A stretch of DNA of 64,000 bases, from assembly GCF_018350175.1 (NCBI RefSeq), contig NC_058368.1, positions 76,262,001 through 76,326,000 on the forward strand, given 5' to 3'. Origin of the DNA: Felis catus (Eukaryota). A model generated the notes under the pieces. That model saw only the letters and a program-made list of their open reading frames with translations. It was not told the DNA's origin and made no database searches. Below are positions 51,506 to 63,740 of the stretch, one piece after another (position 1 is the first letter of the stretch; each line of letters begins with the position of its first letter). Made by a program: the position numbers and the translations under genes.

Positions 51506-52099
51506 TAATGACGCTTCAGATAGTTAGCCAGAAAAGCTTTAGGAGACAGGGAACAGGCTTCCTGGTATCTGTAACACCACTTTCAGCCTTACATGAGGCT
51601 AGCCTCCCCCACCACTATAGATTGGTGTCTCTACGAAAGCTTCATCAAGATCTTTCCAAAGAACAAGGCAAAACAATAATAGTGTGATCTGATTTATTCT
51701 ACAGCTTTCCCCCAGATAAAATGCTAATGGTTTCTTTTCACCACCTTCTCATGTCTGAGTGAGCAACACAAAACCAAAAAACAATTCAGAACAGCCAGCC
51801 AAGGCAGTGCTCGGTTTAGGATGCTGATTGGATGTGTCTTGTTCGAGGCACAAAACCACCGGGGCAAGAGTCTGGCTGGAGCAAATAGATGGGAAAGATT
51901 ATAATTCATGAAGTACTTTGATGGTACAGATCCAGGACTGGCAAGCATGGTGACATGTTACAATGTGCAGTAGGGCAGAGATGGTCCAACTGAACGTTGT
52001 CTGCCAAACTTCTATCTACAGGGAACTTAGGGACAAAGTACACTTGGGCTAGGAAGACTAGAGAGGCAGCTAAGTGGCTTCCCTTGAAATGCATGACGT

Positions 52100-52325
52100 G
52101 GGGCGCCTGGGTGGCGCAGTCGGTTAAGCGTCCGACTTCAGCCAGGTCACGATCTCGTGGTCCGTGAGTTCGAGCCCCGCGTCAGCTCTGGGCTGATGGC
52201 TCGGAGCCTGGAGCCTGTTTCCGATTCTGTGTCTCCCTCTCTCTCTGCCCCTCCCCCATTCATGCTCTGTCTCTCTCTGTCCCAAAAATAAACGTTGAAA
52301 AAAAATTTTTTTTAAAATAAAAAAA
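52100..52325 (+). mobile_element. Young SINEC_Fc
   Basis: TSD gaaatgc(a/g)tgacgt. Confidence 0.97.
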
Positions 52326-52555
52326 GAAATGCGTGACGTTAGTAAACTCAGTGTTTTTCACGAGATCACATGTCGATTTGGGTTGCTTGCGTCGCCCACT
52401 GAAAATTCCAACAGGGCCAGAACTTCTAACCAAGCACTCCTTAAAACACAGCAAGACAAAACAGAATAACTCTAAGTCACCACTGATCCATTACGCTATG
52501 TAGAGAGGTGGGGATAGCAGAAGGGCTGAACATCCCTTCAACAGAAAGCCTTAGA

Positions 52556-52768
52556 GGGATACCTGGGTGGCTCAGTCGGTTAAGCGTCTGACTTTGGCCC
52601 AGATCATGATCTCACAGTTAGTGAGTTCAAGCCCTACACTGGGCTCTCTGCTGTCAGCACTGAGCCTGCTTCGGATCCTCTGTCCCTCTCTCTCTCTGCC
52701 CCTTCCCTGCTCATGTTCTCTCCTTCTCACTCTCTCTCTCAAAAATTATAAATAAACATTAAAAAAAG
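52556..52768 (+). mobile_element. Can-SINE
   Basis: TSD gaaagccttaga. Confidence 0.93.
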
Positions 52769-53179
52769 GAAAGCCTTAGAATAGCTGAAACAGGCAACTG
52801 CATACAGCAAGCATTATGCCCTAGGCATTGGAGATGAAATCAGGTACATCGACATTCACAAGGTTTGTAAACGATACTATGCATCTCTTGGAAGGTTAAC
52901 TAATGGAAGAAGAGGCAGCAGATCGAAGATTGCCTGGAATTTTGATACTAGAAAAGAAGAAAATACTGGGTCATATGTTTAAACTCCCTTTTAATTTAAT
53001 AAGTACCTGCTAGAATGGCTATGTTCCCAATTTGAGAAATAATGCTGATTTCTACGATGCCGCTGGCTTAAACCAATAGAATATATAGGTTTACAAAGAT
53101 GATATAAGATACAGATTCACTCATCTTACAAATGAAATATTAAGTACATAGAGTTTATACTACGTCTTAAGAATTAAAT

Positions 53180-53381
53180 GGAGGGTGCCTGGGTGGCTGA
53201 GTTGGTTAAGCATCCGACTTCAGCTCAGGTCATGATCTCATGGTTCGTGAGTTCAAGCCCCGTATCAGGCTCTCTGTTTTCAGGGGAGAGCCGGCTTTGG
53301 ATCCTGTGTCTCCCTCTCTCTCTGCCCCTCTCCTACTCGTACACATGCTCTCTCTCAAAAATAAATCTGCATTAAAAAAAA
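53180..53381 (+). mobile_element. Can-SINE
   Basis: TSD aagaattaa. Confidence 0.92.
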
Positions 53382-53804
53382 AAGAATTAAGTAGTTAGAT
53401 GGAGATGTTCAAATTTCATCAGTGATATTTCGTATTCGGATAGAGGAAAATGGGTAGCATGTGTTTGAAAGCCAACTTTTCGTGAATCCTTGTTAATGTT
53501 TATTGCTTGAGGTCCTCATTCACTGCTTGCAGGGTATCTCCTTGCACAGGTTACCAACCTTGACAAGCTCTCTACATGGAGGGCCTGAGGGTCTGGCCGA
53601 CAATACAAGGTGCGTTCAGCAGGTCAGAGAGAAGGTATCGTTAGATACACACACCATCTTGGCAAAGTGATGGACTATTTCCTAGTACACGGCCCAAGTA
53701 CCATCGCGTCCATCAGACTGGGAAAAAAAATAAAAATAAAAGCCCACAGTATTTTATTTAAGGGTTCTACTTCAGTTGAGGGGAAGCATTAAAATCAGCA
53801 AAGC

Positions 53805-54025
53805 GGAGCACCTGGGTGGCTCAGTCGGCTGAGTGGCTGACTTTGGCTCAGGTCATGATCTCATGATCCATGGGTTCAAGCCCCACGTCGGGCTCTGTGC
53901 TGACAGCTCAGAGCCTGGAGCCTGCTCCAGATTCTGTGTGCGTGTGTCTCTCTCTCTGTCCCTCCCCCACTTGTGCTTTGCCTGTTTCTCTCTCTCTCCC
54001 TCTTTCTCTCTCTCTCTCTCCCCAC
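53805..54025 (+). mobile_element. Can-SINE lacking an A tail
   Basis: Head and CT-rich segment present; no poly(A). Confidence 0.88.
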
Positions 54026-54607
54026 CTTCTAATTTCATCTCAGAGAGAGTATTACTTCCTAATCAAAGAAGGCAATGAATACAGTTCCCATTGAAAAATA
54101 GAAGTATGTTCACAGCTTGTGTGGTAATAACGTGCCAATAAATGATAACAGGTCAGTATTTGACTTCAACATTTTTAGGAAAAGCTTTACCTTAAGATCT
54201 TTTGGTTTCATTGGAGGCAATCCAAGAAGCCATACCCTAGGTTCCTGCTCCCCACTTTTCCTGACAGAAGGGAACTTCCTTTAGAGTTATACCTGCTTGA
54301 ACAACCGTCACATAGATCTCTGATTCATTAACAAATTACGTTCCTTTAGTTCTTATCCAGAGAAGATATAATAAACGCATCTGTTTTCCTTACACTCAAG
54401 TCTTTGAAAAATGATACTGCACATGTGACTTTTTCCATGTCCAAAATATAAGGACACTTTGTTTCCAGTCCAAGAGGAAATCTTGACTCATTTTCAAGGG
54501 CCATTTGAATCCACGCACCCCAATGGACAGAATAGGCATCCTAACCAGACTATCATCACATTAGTGTTCGCTCTTCCCAAAGAGGGAAAAAAAAATTCTC
54601 AAGTCCT

Positions 54608-54824
54608 TTTTTTTTTAATTTTTTTAATGTTTATTTATTTTTGAAAGACAGAGAGAGAGAGAGGGAGGGAGGGGAAGAAAGAGAGGGAGATACAGAACCC
54701 AAAGCAGGCTCCAGGCTCTGAGCTGTCAGCACAGAGCCCAAAGTGGGGCTCAAACTCACGAACTGTGAGATCATGACCTGAGCTCAAGTCGGACGCTTAA
54801 CTGACTGAGCCACCCAGGTGCCCC
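54608..54824 (-). mobile_element. Can-SINE, in tandem with the next
   Basis: Reverse head ends at 54824. Confidence 0.93.
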
Positions 54825-54832
54825 TAAGCCTC

Positions 54833-55053
54833 TTTTTTTTTGAGATTTTTGTGTTTATTTGTTTTTGAGAGAGAGAGAAATAGAGTATGAGCAAGGGAGG
54901 GGCAGAGAAAGAGAGGGAGACACAGAATCTGAAGCAGGCTCCAGGCTCTGAGCTGTCAGCACAGAGCTCCATGCGGGGCTCGAACTCTCCGACCCTGAGA
55001 TTATGACCTGAGCCGAAGTCAGACGCTTAACCGACTGAGCCACCCAGGCTCCC
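54833..55053 (-). mobile_element. Can-SINE
   Basis: Reverse head ends at 55053; tctcaagt flanks the tandem pair (54597, 55055). Confidence 0.93.
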
Positions 55054-55883
55054 ATCTCAAGTTTTAAAAGAACTGAAATAACGGTAAGCATGGTGTATGT
55101 TGACTTTAAAATTAAGAATAACAATTTTACAAAAAGAAGCAATTTCCAAATTGATTCTATGGTATGTTACAATATATACTTATTAGCAATTATATATTAA
55201 AGGCAATCGACATAAAAGGAGCCCACACACTTTTGTTAGCTATCCTTGATATTTATACCATCCCTCTCCTAAATACTAGCTTAAGCAAAAAAAAAATGTG
55301 TATTTCCAAAAGAGACAATATAAGATAGTATTTTAGAACTTACTGCCTTTGCCTTCTGCAAATTACTTAACATATTCCCTATGCTTCAGTTAGTTATCAA
55401 TAAAAGTAAAGACATTAATGTCCTATTATACAAGGATTTTGTAAAGTTTAATAAAAAAAGATGTTTGAAACATGCTTAGCAGAGTTCTTGGTGCTTGGTC
55501 AATAATGGCTATTATTTTTAATAAAGTGAAAAGTGGATTTTTAAATGTATATATACATAGTGCTGATTTGGGCTTTGTTCATGTCCCTTATAGGGCTCCA
55601 GTGATAAAATTGTATTTGGAATGCTCTAGAAGCTTCTATTCTAGAAGAATGTTTGCTCATTGAGAGAAAAGTAAATTAAAAAGTTAGGACAGAGCCCGAA
55701 TAAAGAGATCTACAAATAGTAAAAAAAAAGCATTGGGGCTATTTTTCAGCGCTTTGGATAAATGATGCACATAAACTAGGATTGCTAGCTGTAAGTGTAC
55801 TCTAAATAGATTCATTAAGAAAATCGAAGAACATGTTTTTAGGAAGTATTGGAACAAAACAATTAATGTATAGGCTCTTAATA

Positions 55884-56091
55884 TTTTTTTGTTTATTTAT
55901 TTATTTTGAGAGAGACAGAGACAGCACGGGTGGTGGAAGGGCAGACAGAGGGGGAGAGAGAGGATTCCAAGCAGAATCAGCGTTAACAGCGTGGAGCCAG
56001 ATGCCGAACTTGAACTCATAAACTGTGAGATCATGACCATAGCCAAAAGCAAGAGTCGGATGCTCAACTGACCGAGCCATCCAGGCACCCC
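55884..56091 (-). mobile_element. Older Can-SINE
   Basis: TSD taggctctta. Confidence 0.92.
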
Positions 56092-56115
56092 TAGGCTCTT
56101 ACTATTTCCATATGT

Positions 56116-56116
<1 letters not shown>

Positions 56117-56151
<35 letters not shown>

Positions 56152-56186
56152 GCGCGCACACACACACACGCACACACACACACACA
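56117..56186 (+). repeat. Compound (CA)n(CG)n(CA)n microsatellite
   Basis: Read directly. Confidence 0.96.
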
Positions 56187-56696
56187 ATTTGATGATTCAA
56201 ATATATACATGACAGTAGAACACACTTTGAGAGGAATTCTACTTTGTTCAGTGTCATAAATAAAAACAAGATCATCTTACCTCATTATTCCCACCATGAG
56301 ATTCGTTCCAATTTATGTTGCCAGACCCAAGATTTATCACTGCTTTTGAAAGTCATCAAAGATCTGAAAACTAGATGGATCATTAATTCTAAATTGCACA
56401 GAATTTCTTGGAGATAAATGTTTTCCACCATGTTTTCATTATTTTATTAATAGGTTATAATTTGTTGAATATTTCCAGTGACGTTGAATTTCATAGAGGA
56501 AAAAAATTCTGCATGTCTGCATACAGTGGTTTACATGAATGCTTAGTTTCTTTTCATTTTTTACTGAAAGTTTCACTGTTAATTTTATTAAAAAGCCCTG
56601 GAGTTGTTTTGGCTTCTATAAGCAATCGAACTGGCAGATAATGATTCCACTGTTTTCTCTCTGTTCCTTTCCCTCTCCTCTCTCCTGTTCTTTCAC

Positions 56697-56738
56697 GTGT
56701 GTGTGCACACACGCGCGCGCGCACACACACACACACGC
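56697..56738 (+). repeat. Compound (GT)n(CA)n(CG)n(CA)n microsatellite
   Basis: Read directly. Confidence 0.95.
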
Positions 56739-56951
56739 TTGGACGTATAAACACATACACACAGCTGTGTGACACTCACAGGCCAAAAAAACCAAAGGAT
56801 GTTGTAACCCATTACAAATCCCTTCCTGGGGCTCTTTAATGCAACTAAAATTAGAGAAATCCAAACTAAATTCAGAGCAGGCTTCTCACAACTGCACTCA
56901 ATGACCACAGCTGGCGACTTAAAGGAGAAAAAACTCCTGCAGCATGCTTGC

Positions 56952-57069
56952 ATTGACCATAGAAGCCAGTCTGAATGGAGACAGTCCATGGCCACCCAGG
57001 GTGGGCTGGGGAGGGTCATCTGTATGCCAGTCGGAGTACTGATACGGGTCAATCTCTTTGAGCTTTGCC
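56952..57069 (-). CDS. Candidate internal coding exon of an unidentified minus-strand gene: (x)AKLKEIDPYQYSDWHTDDPPQPTLGGHGLSPFRLASMVN
   Basis: Good acceptor (gtgttttctgttgctcttag|G), unique sequence, open protein-like frame. Donor uncertain: AAT|gcaagc (GC type) or ATG|gtcaat (exon end 56958); both are phase 0. Confidence 0.55.
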
Positions 57070-57844
57070 CTAAGAGCAACAGAAAACACCTGATTACACT
57101 CACTTATCTTTGTTTTATTTTGTATCTTCTCTGAGGCACAAAGACCACAAACTCATTCTCTAAGAACAGTTTCATCATTAATTTAGTGGGGATTTTTTCA
57201 TGAACAACTATTGGCTAGCTCACTTGCCTCCTGGAGTGCTGATGGCCCATTTACATCCTGTATGCATGAATTCCCTTGGGGGTTACCCAGAGCGAATCTG
57301 GCTCTGAGACCAGCCAAGTGCTTCTATTATCCAAAATATCTAAGCAGTGGAGGATTCTGGAAGGCTTAAATATGGCCGGCACCCATTTGGCAATATCGTT
57401 CTAAGTCTCAGATTTCTGCAGAACCTTCCAAATAACAAGTTGAAGAAAGTGGAACTGTGTTTCCAGATGCCTTCCAGTTGATAAACTTATTTTTCAAAGC
57501 TTTATGAATATAAACATAGACCATTCTTAAGAGATAAACTTCAGTATTGCACATACTCCAGCAAATATTTCTAGACCGGTGGTAATGGATATAACAGGTA
57601 GATGTACTTTGAAATTAGTCAAATAATCATGTAATCCAAGGAGCAGGCTGTTTATGTTTATCAGAATCCCATAACGGTGCTAAACTTTCACAGCTATTTG
57701 GTCATTGTTTAAACACTGAAAGTTGTGAGATATTACTGGTCCAGTTGAGGATGACACAGCTCCTGCTATGTAGCTGGGGTTGTACAGAGAAAGAGAAGGA
57801 GGACCGTGACCCAAAGAAATCAGGAATTTTTGAGGCATCAGAAA

Positions 57845-58030
57845 ATCTGTGGTCTAGAATCTATTCCATCTGAGATCGGCTGTGTATAACTTTAAGCCAG
57901 TTACATTTCAAGACTTGAGTTCCCCGTCTGTTAAGCAGACATTGTAAATCCTGTTCTACCTGCCTCCCAGCATTGTTGTGAAAACTAAAGGGACATCTCA
58001 TGTGAAGCCACACTGCAAATTACAAATTGC
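57845..58030 (+). mobile_element. MIR fragment
   Basis: gctgtgtataactttaagccagttac...gttccccgtctgtt...ctacctgcctcccagcattgttgtga. Confidence 0.65.
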
Positions 58031-59199
58031 CATAGAAACACCATTTAGGAGAATTCACTCATGCTTGCAAAGTTAACACATGCATTAATTTGGCAAACTT
58101 CCCTAGCGAGCCTGTCACATGCTGGGCTGCATGCAGACTGTTGGACGGGTCCCTGTTTAGACAATTACGACTCCAGGACCTCTTTGAGTGATCCCCAAGT
58201 CTGCTCAGAGGACATTTGTCAAGGCCAAAAACCATGCATTAAAATATTTCCTCAAGCCTGCCACCCAATAGGAAAGCTCCACATATACACTGTTCATATT
58301 GTTTGATAGCTTTCCTCTTGCTACAGGAACAGGAAAACAAATAGGACAGGTGATCCCCATAAGCTTGCCAGGCAGCGAGTGAACAGACTAATGGCATTAA
58401 ACCTAGAGATAAAGCAAATGGAGGAAGGAGATCCTCAGGTGCTTGAGGCACTAAAAAACCAGAAGCCATCAGAGCGCTAAATAGTCAAGACATCCTATGG
58501 ATGAGACACAATACACCAAACATACAAGAAACTTATGTAATACACATGAGCTCTCAGGCGAGGTCTTCACTCGGCCACTTTTTAGTGACTACCCATGCTG
58601 TCCCCAGAGCTTTCTATCCCAGAAATACTGATTAATCCCATGGCTGTTCAGCGGGCTGCCAATCACTGTCCAGGCTAACTTGTCCCTGTGTCTCTCCAAG
58701 AGAACAAGTGTATGTCGCTGACCCAGGACACCTTGCTCCAACCTCAACCACCCCATCTGCAGCAAAGACAGAGGAGGCAGACAGACAGACAAAATGGGTG
58801 AACATTACCTGCCCCGAATTCTAGGTGGAACACTTTGGTTATACTGTCAGCTTACCCCAACTTCTTCCCCTCACATCAGCCTGTAGGTTTTAAACTGATT
58901 AATAAACCATGGTCTGTGAGCATTTTAAGTTGGTCTATGAGGGGTTTGTTTTTTGTGCGTTTTTTTTTCCCTGCTCTCTGAACCCTAGGATCGATTTCCT
59001 AGGGCTACCAACACATGGAGGTCATTGCCCACGTGACACCGCTCTTGGAGCAGGCGCAGCCTACGGTTCGACTCTTTAAGTCAATCCTAATGATCAGATA
59101 CCCTTTCACATACCCTCTGTCTGGCTACTGCTACAATAGTGACTGGTCCTGTTTCTTAGTTGACAAGAACTCTTAAACCATACTAATGTCACTGCTGAT

Positions 59200-59462
59200 G
59201 CTAACGGCTCCCATGAATTGAGCTCTGCTGATCTCTATGCTTCTATCTATGCTCATATCTATCGGGCCCCATATATCCACGATTCCACTGAATTCTTGTG
59301 AAAAACATATGAGGTCAATGGCATAATTGTGCCCTCAGTTTTCAGATGAAGAAGATAAAGCTGCTTGCAAAGGTGTTTTCCCAAGATCATGCAGCCAGCA
59401 GGCGGGAGAGCTGAAATCCAACCGGAGTAGCCTTGCCCAAGAAGCCTTGCCTTAACCATCAG
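59200..59462 (-). mobile_element. MIR fragment
   Basis: ttttcagatgaagaa...cccaagatcatgcagccagca...gagctgaaatccaacc. Confidence 0.7.
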
Positions 59463-59914
59463 ATTGAGAGCCGTCTGTAACCTGCACGCATGGCCTCTGA
59501 TGTCACGGTCTTTTAGTGTACTCTGTCCCCTTGAGCTGTCAACAGAGCCAATGCCTTCACATTCCCTACTTCCCAGCGCACACTGGGTAATGGTGCAAAA
59601 AACACGGAGGCTATTTCAAAGGAGAAGACTGAGGAAAGACGAGAGCCCACGTTGAGGACTGCAGCGTGGTTTTACACTAAGAGTGCACATACAGATACGA
59701 GTGATTTTAGAGCAACTAAGCCCCTGGGGAGGGTGAGAGGGACGCTGTGTTTCCCTGGCAGACCATTCTTTCCTCTGCAGCCTTCACCGCCCAGGGAGGC
59801 CTACGCGTGGTTCAAATGAAAGGAAACTTCACTGTGACATGCAAATGACTCAAGAAGCTTCAGAAGAAATTGCAACCCCTTTCTGCTCTAATCCAGCTCC
59901 ATAAGGCTCTTCCT

Positions 59915-60100
59915 GGCACTTGGGTACTCGTGATCACATTCAACCCACACCCGAGCCTATAAGAGGCAATGGCTCTATTTTAGAGATGAGGAAATGGAGA
60001 TTCAGAAACACTCTGTAATAGCCCCAGAAGGCAAAGCTAATAAATCATAACAGTTGATTATGAACTCAGGTCTCGATGACAGCAGAACACATGTTCTTTC
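59915..60100 (-). mobile_element. MIR fragment
   Basis: tattttagagatgaggaaatggagattcagaa...tgaactcaggtct. Confidence 0.6.
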
Positions 60101-61201
60101 CATCATATTTCATCACTGGTGGGCCCCAACCGATAAGAAATGCCAAGACCCACAGTGTCACGCCACCCTTTCACCCCTATTCACTGAGACACTCCCTGAC
60201 GATGATTCATTTCTGCTGCGGCCCCGTTTCTGGAGGGTTGGGTCTGACTGGGCTGAGCGTCCCACTGTCCTCCTGGGAGACTAGAGAATACAGAGACGAG
60301 CAGAAGACACGGAGCCATAGGCACGGGTAAGGCTCGGCTGTAACTGTTCTCTGAGAGTGGTTGATTTCTGCAAGCTGTAAAATGCTTCTCTGCCCACCTC
60401 CACCCCTACCCACAGCCCTTGAGTTCTTTCGGCCGGATCAGCTCATACAGCAGTCAGCTTTCAAAAATATCTCATTGGCCACCTGTGGCCCACATGTTCA
60501 GACATTCCGGAAATGTACTGTTTGATCCGTACATCCCCACAACTAACAGATCCCTCAGGCGGTGCTGACCTGCAGAGAAATGGCCCCCCACATGTCCTTT
60601 ACCATCTGTACTTACCTTGTTGCAAGAAACAAGAGAATTCAGAAGATGGCAGGGATTTGTTCCCGATTTACGGAACCGGAACCGTTAGGGGGCAAACAGC
60701 ACTGATGCGCTCTTACGACAGGGGCCAATTTTGCCTGTAATTCTAATTTATCACACTGGTTATTATTATAATTCTAGTTATCAACTCGTTGGTCACAGTT
60801 GCTTCTGTGGATTGGAAAACACATAACCTGTCTATGAAATTAGTAAACATTTCATAAGACTAAAATCATACTATTCTCATACACTGTAACCTTCCTTAAT
60901 AAATCCCCCGATGGACTCTTTCTAATTAAAATCTGGATCGGTGGACGGACACTGAAGTGTAGAAAAGGGAACCCTGGGGGACTTTGAAGTTATTGCAAGA
61001 TTTCCAAGAACCCACATAAATTGGGGGAAAAAAATAGGCTTTGCACATGTATGTATTACTACTTTTCAAAAGTATGCTTATCAACATGCAAATTTTCACC
61101 GACAAAAATGCAAATACTCACATAATTGATACTGAAATCATGGCAATTCTTGTCCTTAACCATTTATTTAATTGATTGATTCTAAAAAAAAATGGATTTA
61201 C

Positions 61202-61442
61202 GGGGCGCCTGGGTGGCACAGTCGGTTAAGCATCCGACTTCAGCCAGGTCACAATCTCGCGGTCTGTGAGTTCGAGCCCCGCGTCGGGCTCTGGGCTGAT
61301 GGCTCAGAGCCTGGAGCCTGTTTCCGATTCTGTGCCTCCCTCTCTCTCTGACCCTCCCCCGTTCATGCTCTGTCTCTCTCTGTCCCAAAAATAAATAAAA
61401 AATGTTGAAAAAATAAATTAATAAATTAATTAATTAATTAAT
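61202..61442 (+). mobile_element. Young SINEC_Fc with (TTAA)n tail
   Basis: TSD aaaaaaatggattt. Confidence 0.96.
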
Positions 61443-62279
61443 TAAAAAAATGGATTTCCTGTTATATGGAAAATTCTAGGAGACAAGCATTAAAAAGGCA
61501 CCCTTATATTCTAAGAGCCTGGGAACCACGGATCTAGGTGGATTATCTTTTTTTTTGGTATCACATCCATTTGAGTCATCAACAGTGAGCCTTTGACCCA
61601 AGTTGTCAAGATTTCTTCATAGGCACAAGTAATCTACATCTGACCTGAATCAGATGACTCAGGCTGACTGGGAGCTCTCTGCTTTTTCCTTTTCCTTTAA
61701 TTTTATCAACACGAATCAGCACTGTAAACCCTTTTCCAGTACGTTTTAATGGAGGCCCCGGGGCAGAGGTCACTTCCTCTTTGGAGTCACCCTGACCCTG
61801 CATGCAAAGCGTCTGTCTGTCCTCTGCCCCAATGCCAGGCCTTATAATCCCCCTATTATACCACCGACCACGTCTGTCCCCATACCTCGAGTTGAGGGAA
61901 GGAGCAGAGACCCTCTGCCTTGGGAAAGGAGGCTATTGATCCAGAAGTCTCCCTGTAAAAGTACTACAGTGACTGTCACAGAAGTTTCATCTAGTAACTA
62001 CTGGATGAGTTACAGGTAATAATAATAATTAATTCTCTTCACAGCATGTCTTAATTATGGCTCCCCCCCCCCATGTGATTTAGAGAAATCAATAAACCAG
62101 TAAATCGAGAGAGCAGTGACGATAAACACAGATAACAGAGACCCAGAAGAAGGTCATGGGGTAGGTCTGCCACCATTAGGAGAAGAAAGGGGACATATAC
62201 TTTTTTTAAAAAATTATTAAAATAATAGTAAAAATGGTGAGGCAAGTCAGGTGAGAAGGCTGGACGCAGTTAGTAGATG

Positions 62280-62515
62280 GGTAGTAATCATAACTCCTAT
62301 CGAGAGCTTATAGTGCCCCATTCTGTTGTTCATGTTCATGCAAGCACCAACTCACTTCTCTGAAAAACTCCAAGGGATATATACTATTATTGCCCCCATG
62401 TTGAAGAAAAGCGAACCTGAACACAGAGAGCTTAAGTCACTTGTCCCAAATCCCATTCACAATCAGTGAGTAGCAGAGGGGGACTCATATACAGATGAGC
62501 TCGGCTTCTGCAAAG
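62280..62515 (-). mobile_element. MIR fragment
   Basis: actattattgcccccatg...acacagagagcttaagtcacttgtccca. Confidence 0.7.
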
Positions 62516-62639
62516 TACACTGAGCCAGTCCAAGGGAGGACACGGATCCCTTTAACCCCCTACACCATCCCTAGTTCCTGAGCGTATCCTCAAAGTCTAG
62601 AATGAAAGGCCAATACAGAGAGGAAAAGGACAGCCATCA

Positions 62640-62810
62640 GGAGGACACTTGTTCTGAGACACGACCTTAAGCGGTTTTACTTCTGTCCATCAGACAACCC
62701 TATCGGGAAGGTATTGTGATCTCCTATTTAGAAATAAGGGAACTGAGACAGGATTTATTAATCCACCCAAGATCACACTGGAAGGAGGTGACAGAACCAC
62801 TTCTGAGCAG
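62640..62810 (-). mobile_element. MIR fragment
   Basis: acaaccctat...ggtattgtgatctcctatttagaaataagggaactgagaca...cccaagatcacac. Confidence 0.65.
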
Positions 62811-63512
62811 AGACCATCTTATTTACCCTTATCACATGATAAAGCAGGATGCCTGGCTTAAGATAAAGCATTTTGTAAGTTCATTAGGTAGTCAGTTTCA
62901 AGGGCAGACATGCCCTCCGGCTATAGGCAAGCCAGTGGGACTAGGAAAGAAGAGAGGCAAAAGACCAGGATTTCTTCCTTCCTCCCTCTCTCCATCCTCC
63001 CCTCCTTTTCTTTCTTCTTCCTGTGAAAAATATACATTGAGCATCTACCATTTCAAAAACTCTAACAGAAAGTCTAACAAAGTGTGGCTCCCTAAGCCCC
63101 TCGATGCTTACAGTAAATGGGGGCAGAAAGCCGCCATCAAATAATAAAAATGCAGAAATGCCGTGGTAAATAATACCATAGAGGTCCTCATGAGTAGCGA
63201 CACTTCAGATAATGCTGAACACCGCGAAGAAATGAGAAAGACAGAAAGTGGGGGCGGGGGGTGGGTGGGAATTCCTTGTGGAGAGAACACAGGCCTGAGG
63301 GATGAATTCACACCATAGACACACGCAAGTTCTTCCCGTGGTCAGAATGAATGGGGGAGGGGGGTGGAAGATTGGAAACCCTCGGCTAGAAGACCCCCAC
63401 GCGCTGAGCTGAGGAGTCAGAGCAAGTCTTGAGAAGCTGAGAGAGCCCCCAGTGCTGGTGATGAGGAGAATGCCAAAAGGACCGGACCTGCAGTTTAAAA
63501 AACCTCCCTAGT

Positions 63513-63740
63513 GGGGCGCCTGGGTGGCTCAGTCGGTTAAGCGGCTGACTTCGGCTCAGGTCCTGATCTCGCGGTCCGTGGGTTCGAGCCCCGCGTCGGG
63601 CTCTGTGCTGACAGCTCAGAGCCTGGAGCCTGTTTCAGATTCTGTGTCTCCCTCTTTCTCTGACCCTCCCCTGTTCATGCTCTCTGTCTCAAAAATAAAT
63701 AAATGTTAAAAAAAATTTTTTTTTTAAATAATAAAAAAAT
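63513..63740 (+). mobile_element. Can-SINE
   Basis: TSD taaaaaa(c/t)ctccct(a/c)gtggg. Confidence 0.95.

Noticed and set aside
53550..53609. 60-nt plus-strand exon-like segment (cacag|...AAG|gtgcgt; LPTLTSSLHGGPEGLADNT)
   Set aside because: Isolated, with no partner plus-strand exons or known homology; expected by chance in 64 kb.
56693..57103. 136-aa ORF overlapping the candidate exon (GQSSKRLTRISTPTG... frame)
   Set aside because: Runs into a microsatellite and looks less protein-like than the AKLKEIDP frame; not formally excluded as the true frame.
177..63709. Many ORFs with recurring peptides ([16 protein letters not shown]..., ERGRGRERGRHRIGNRLQA...)
   Set aside because: They are translations of Can-SINE bodies in several frames, not a gene family.
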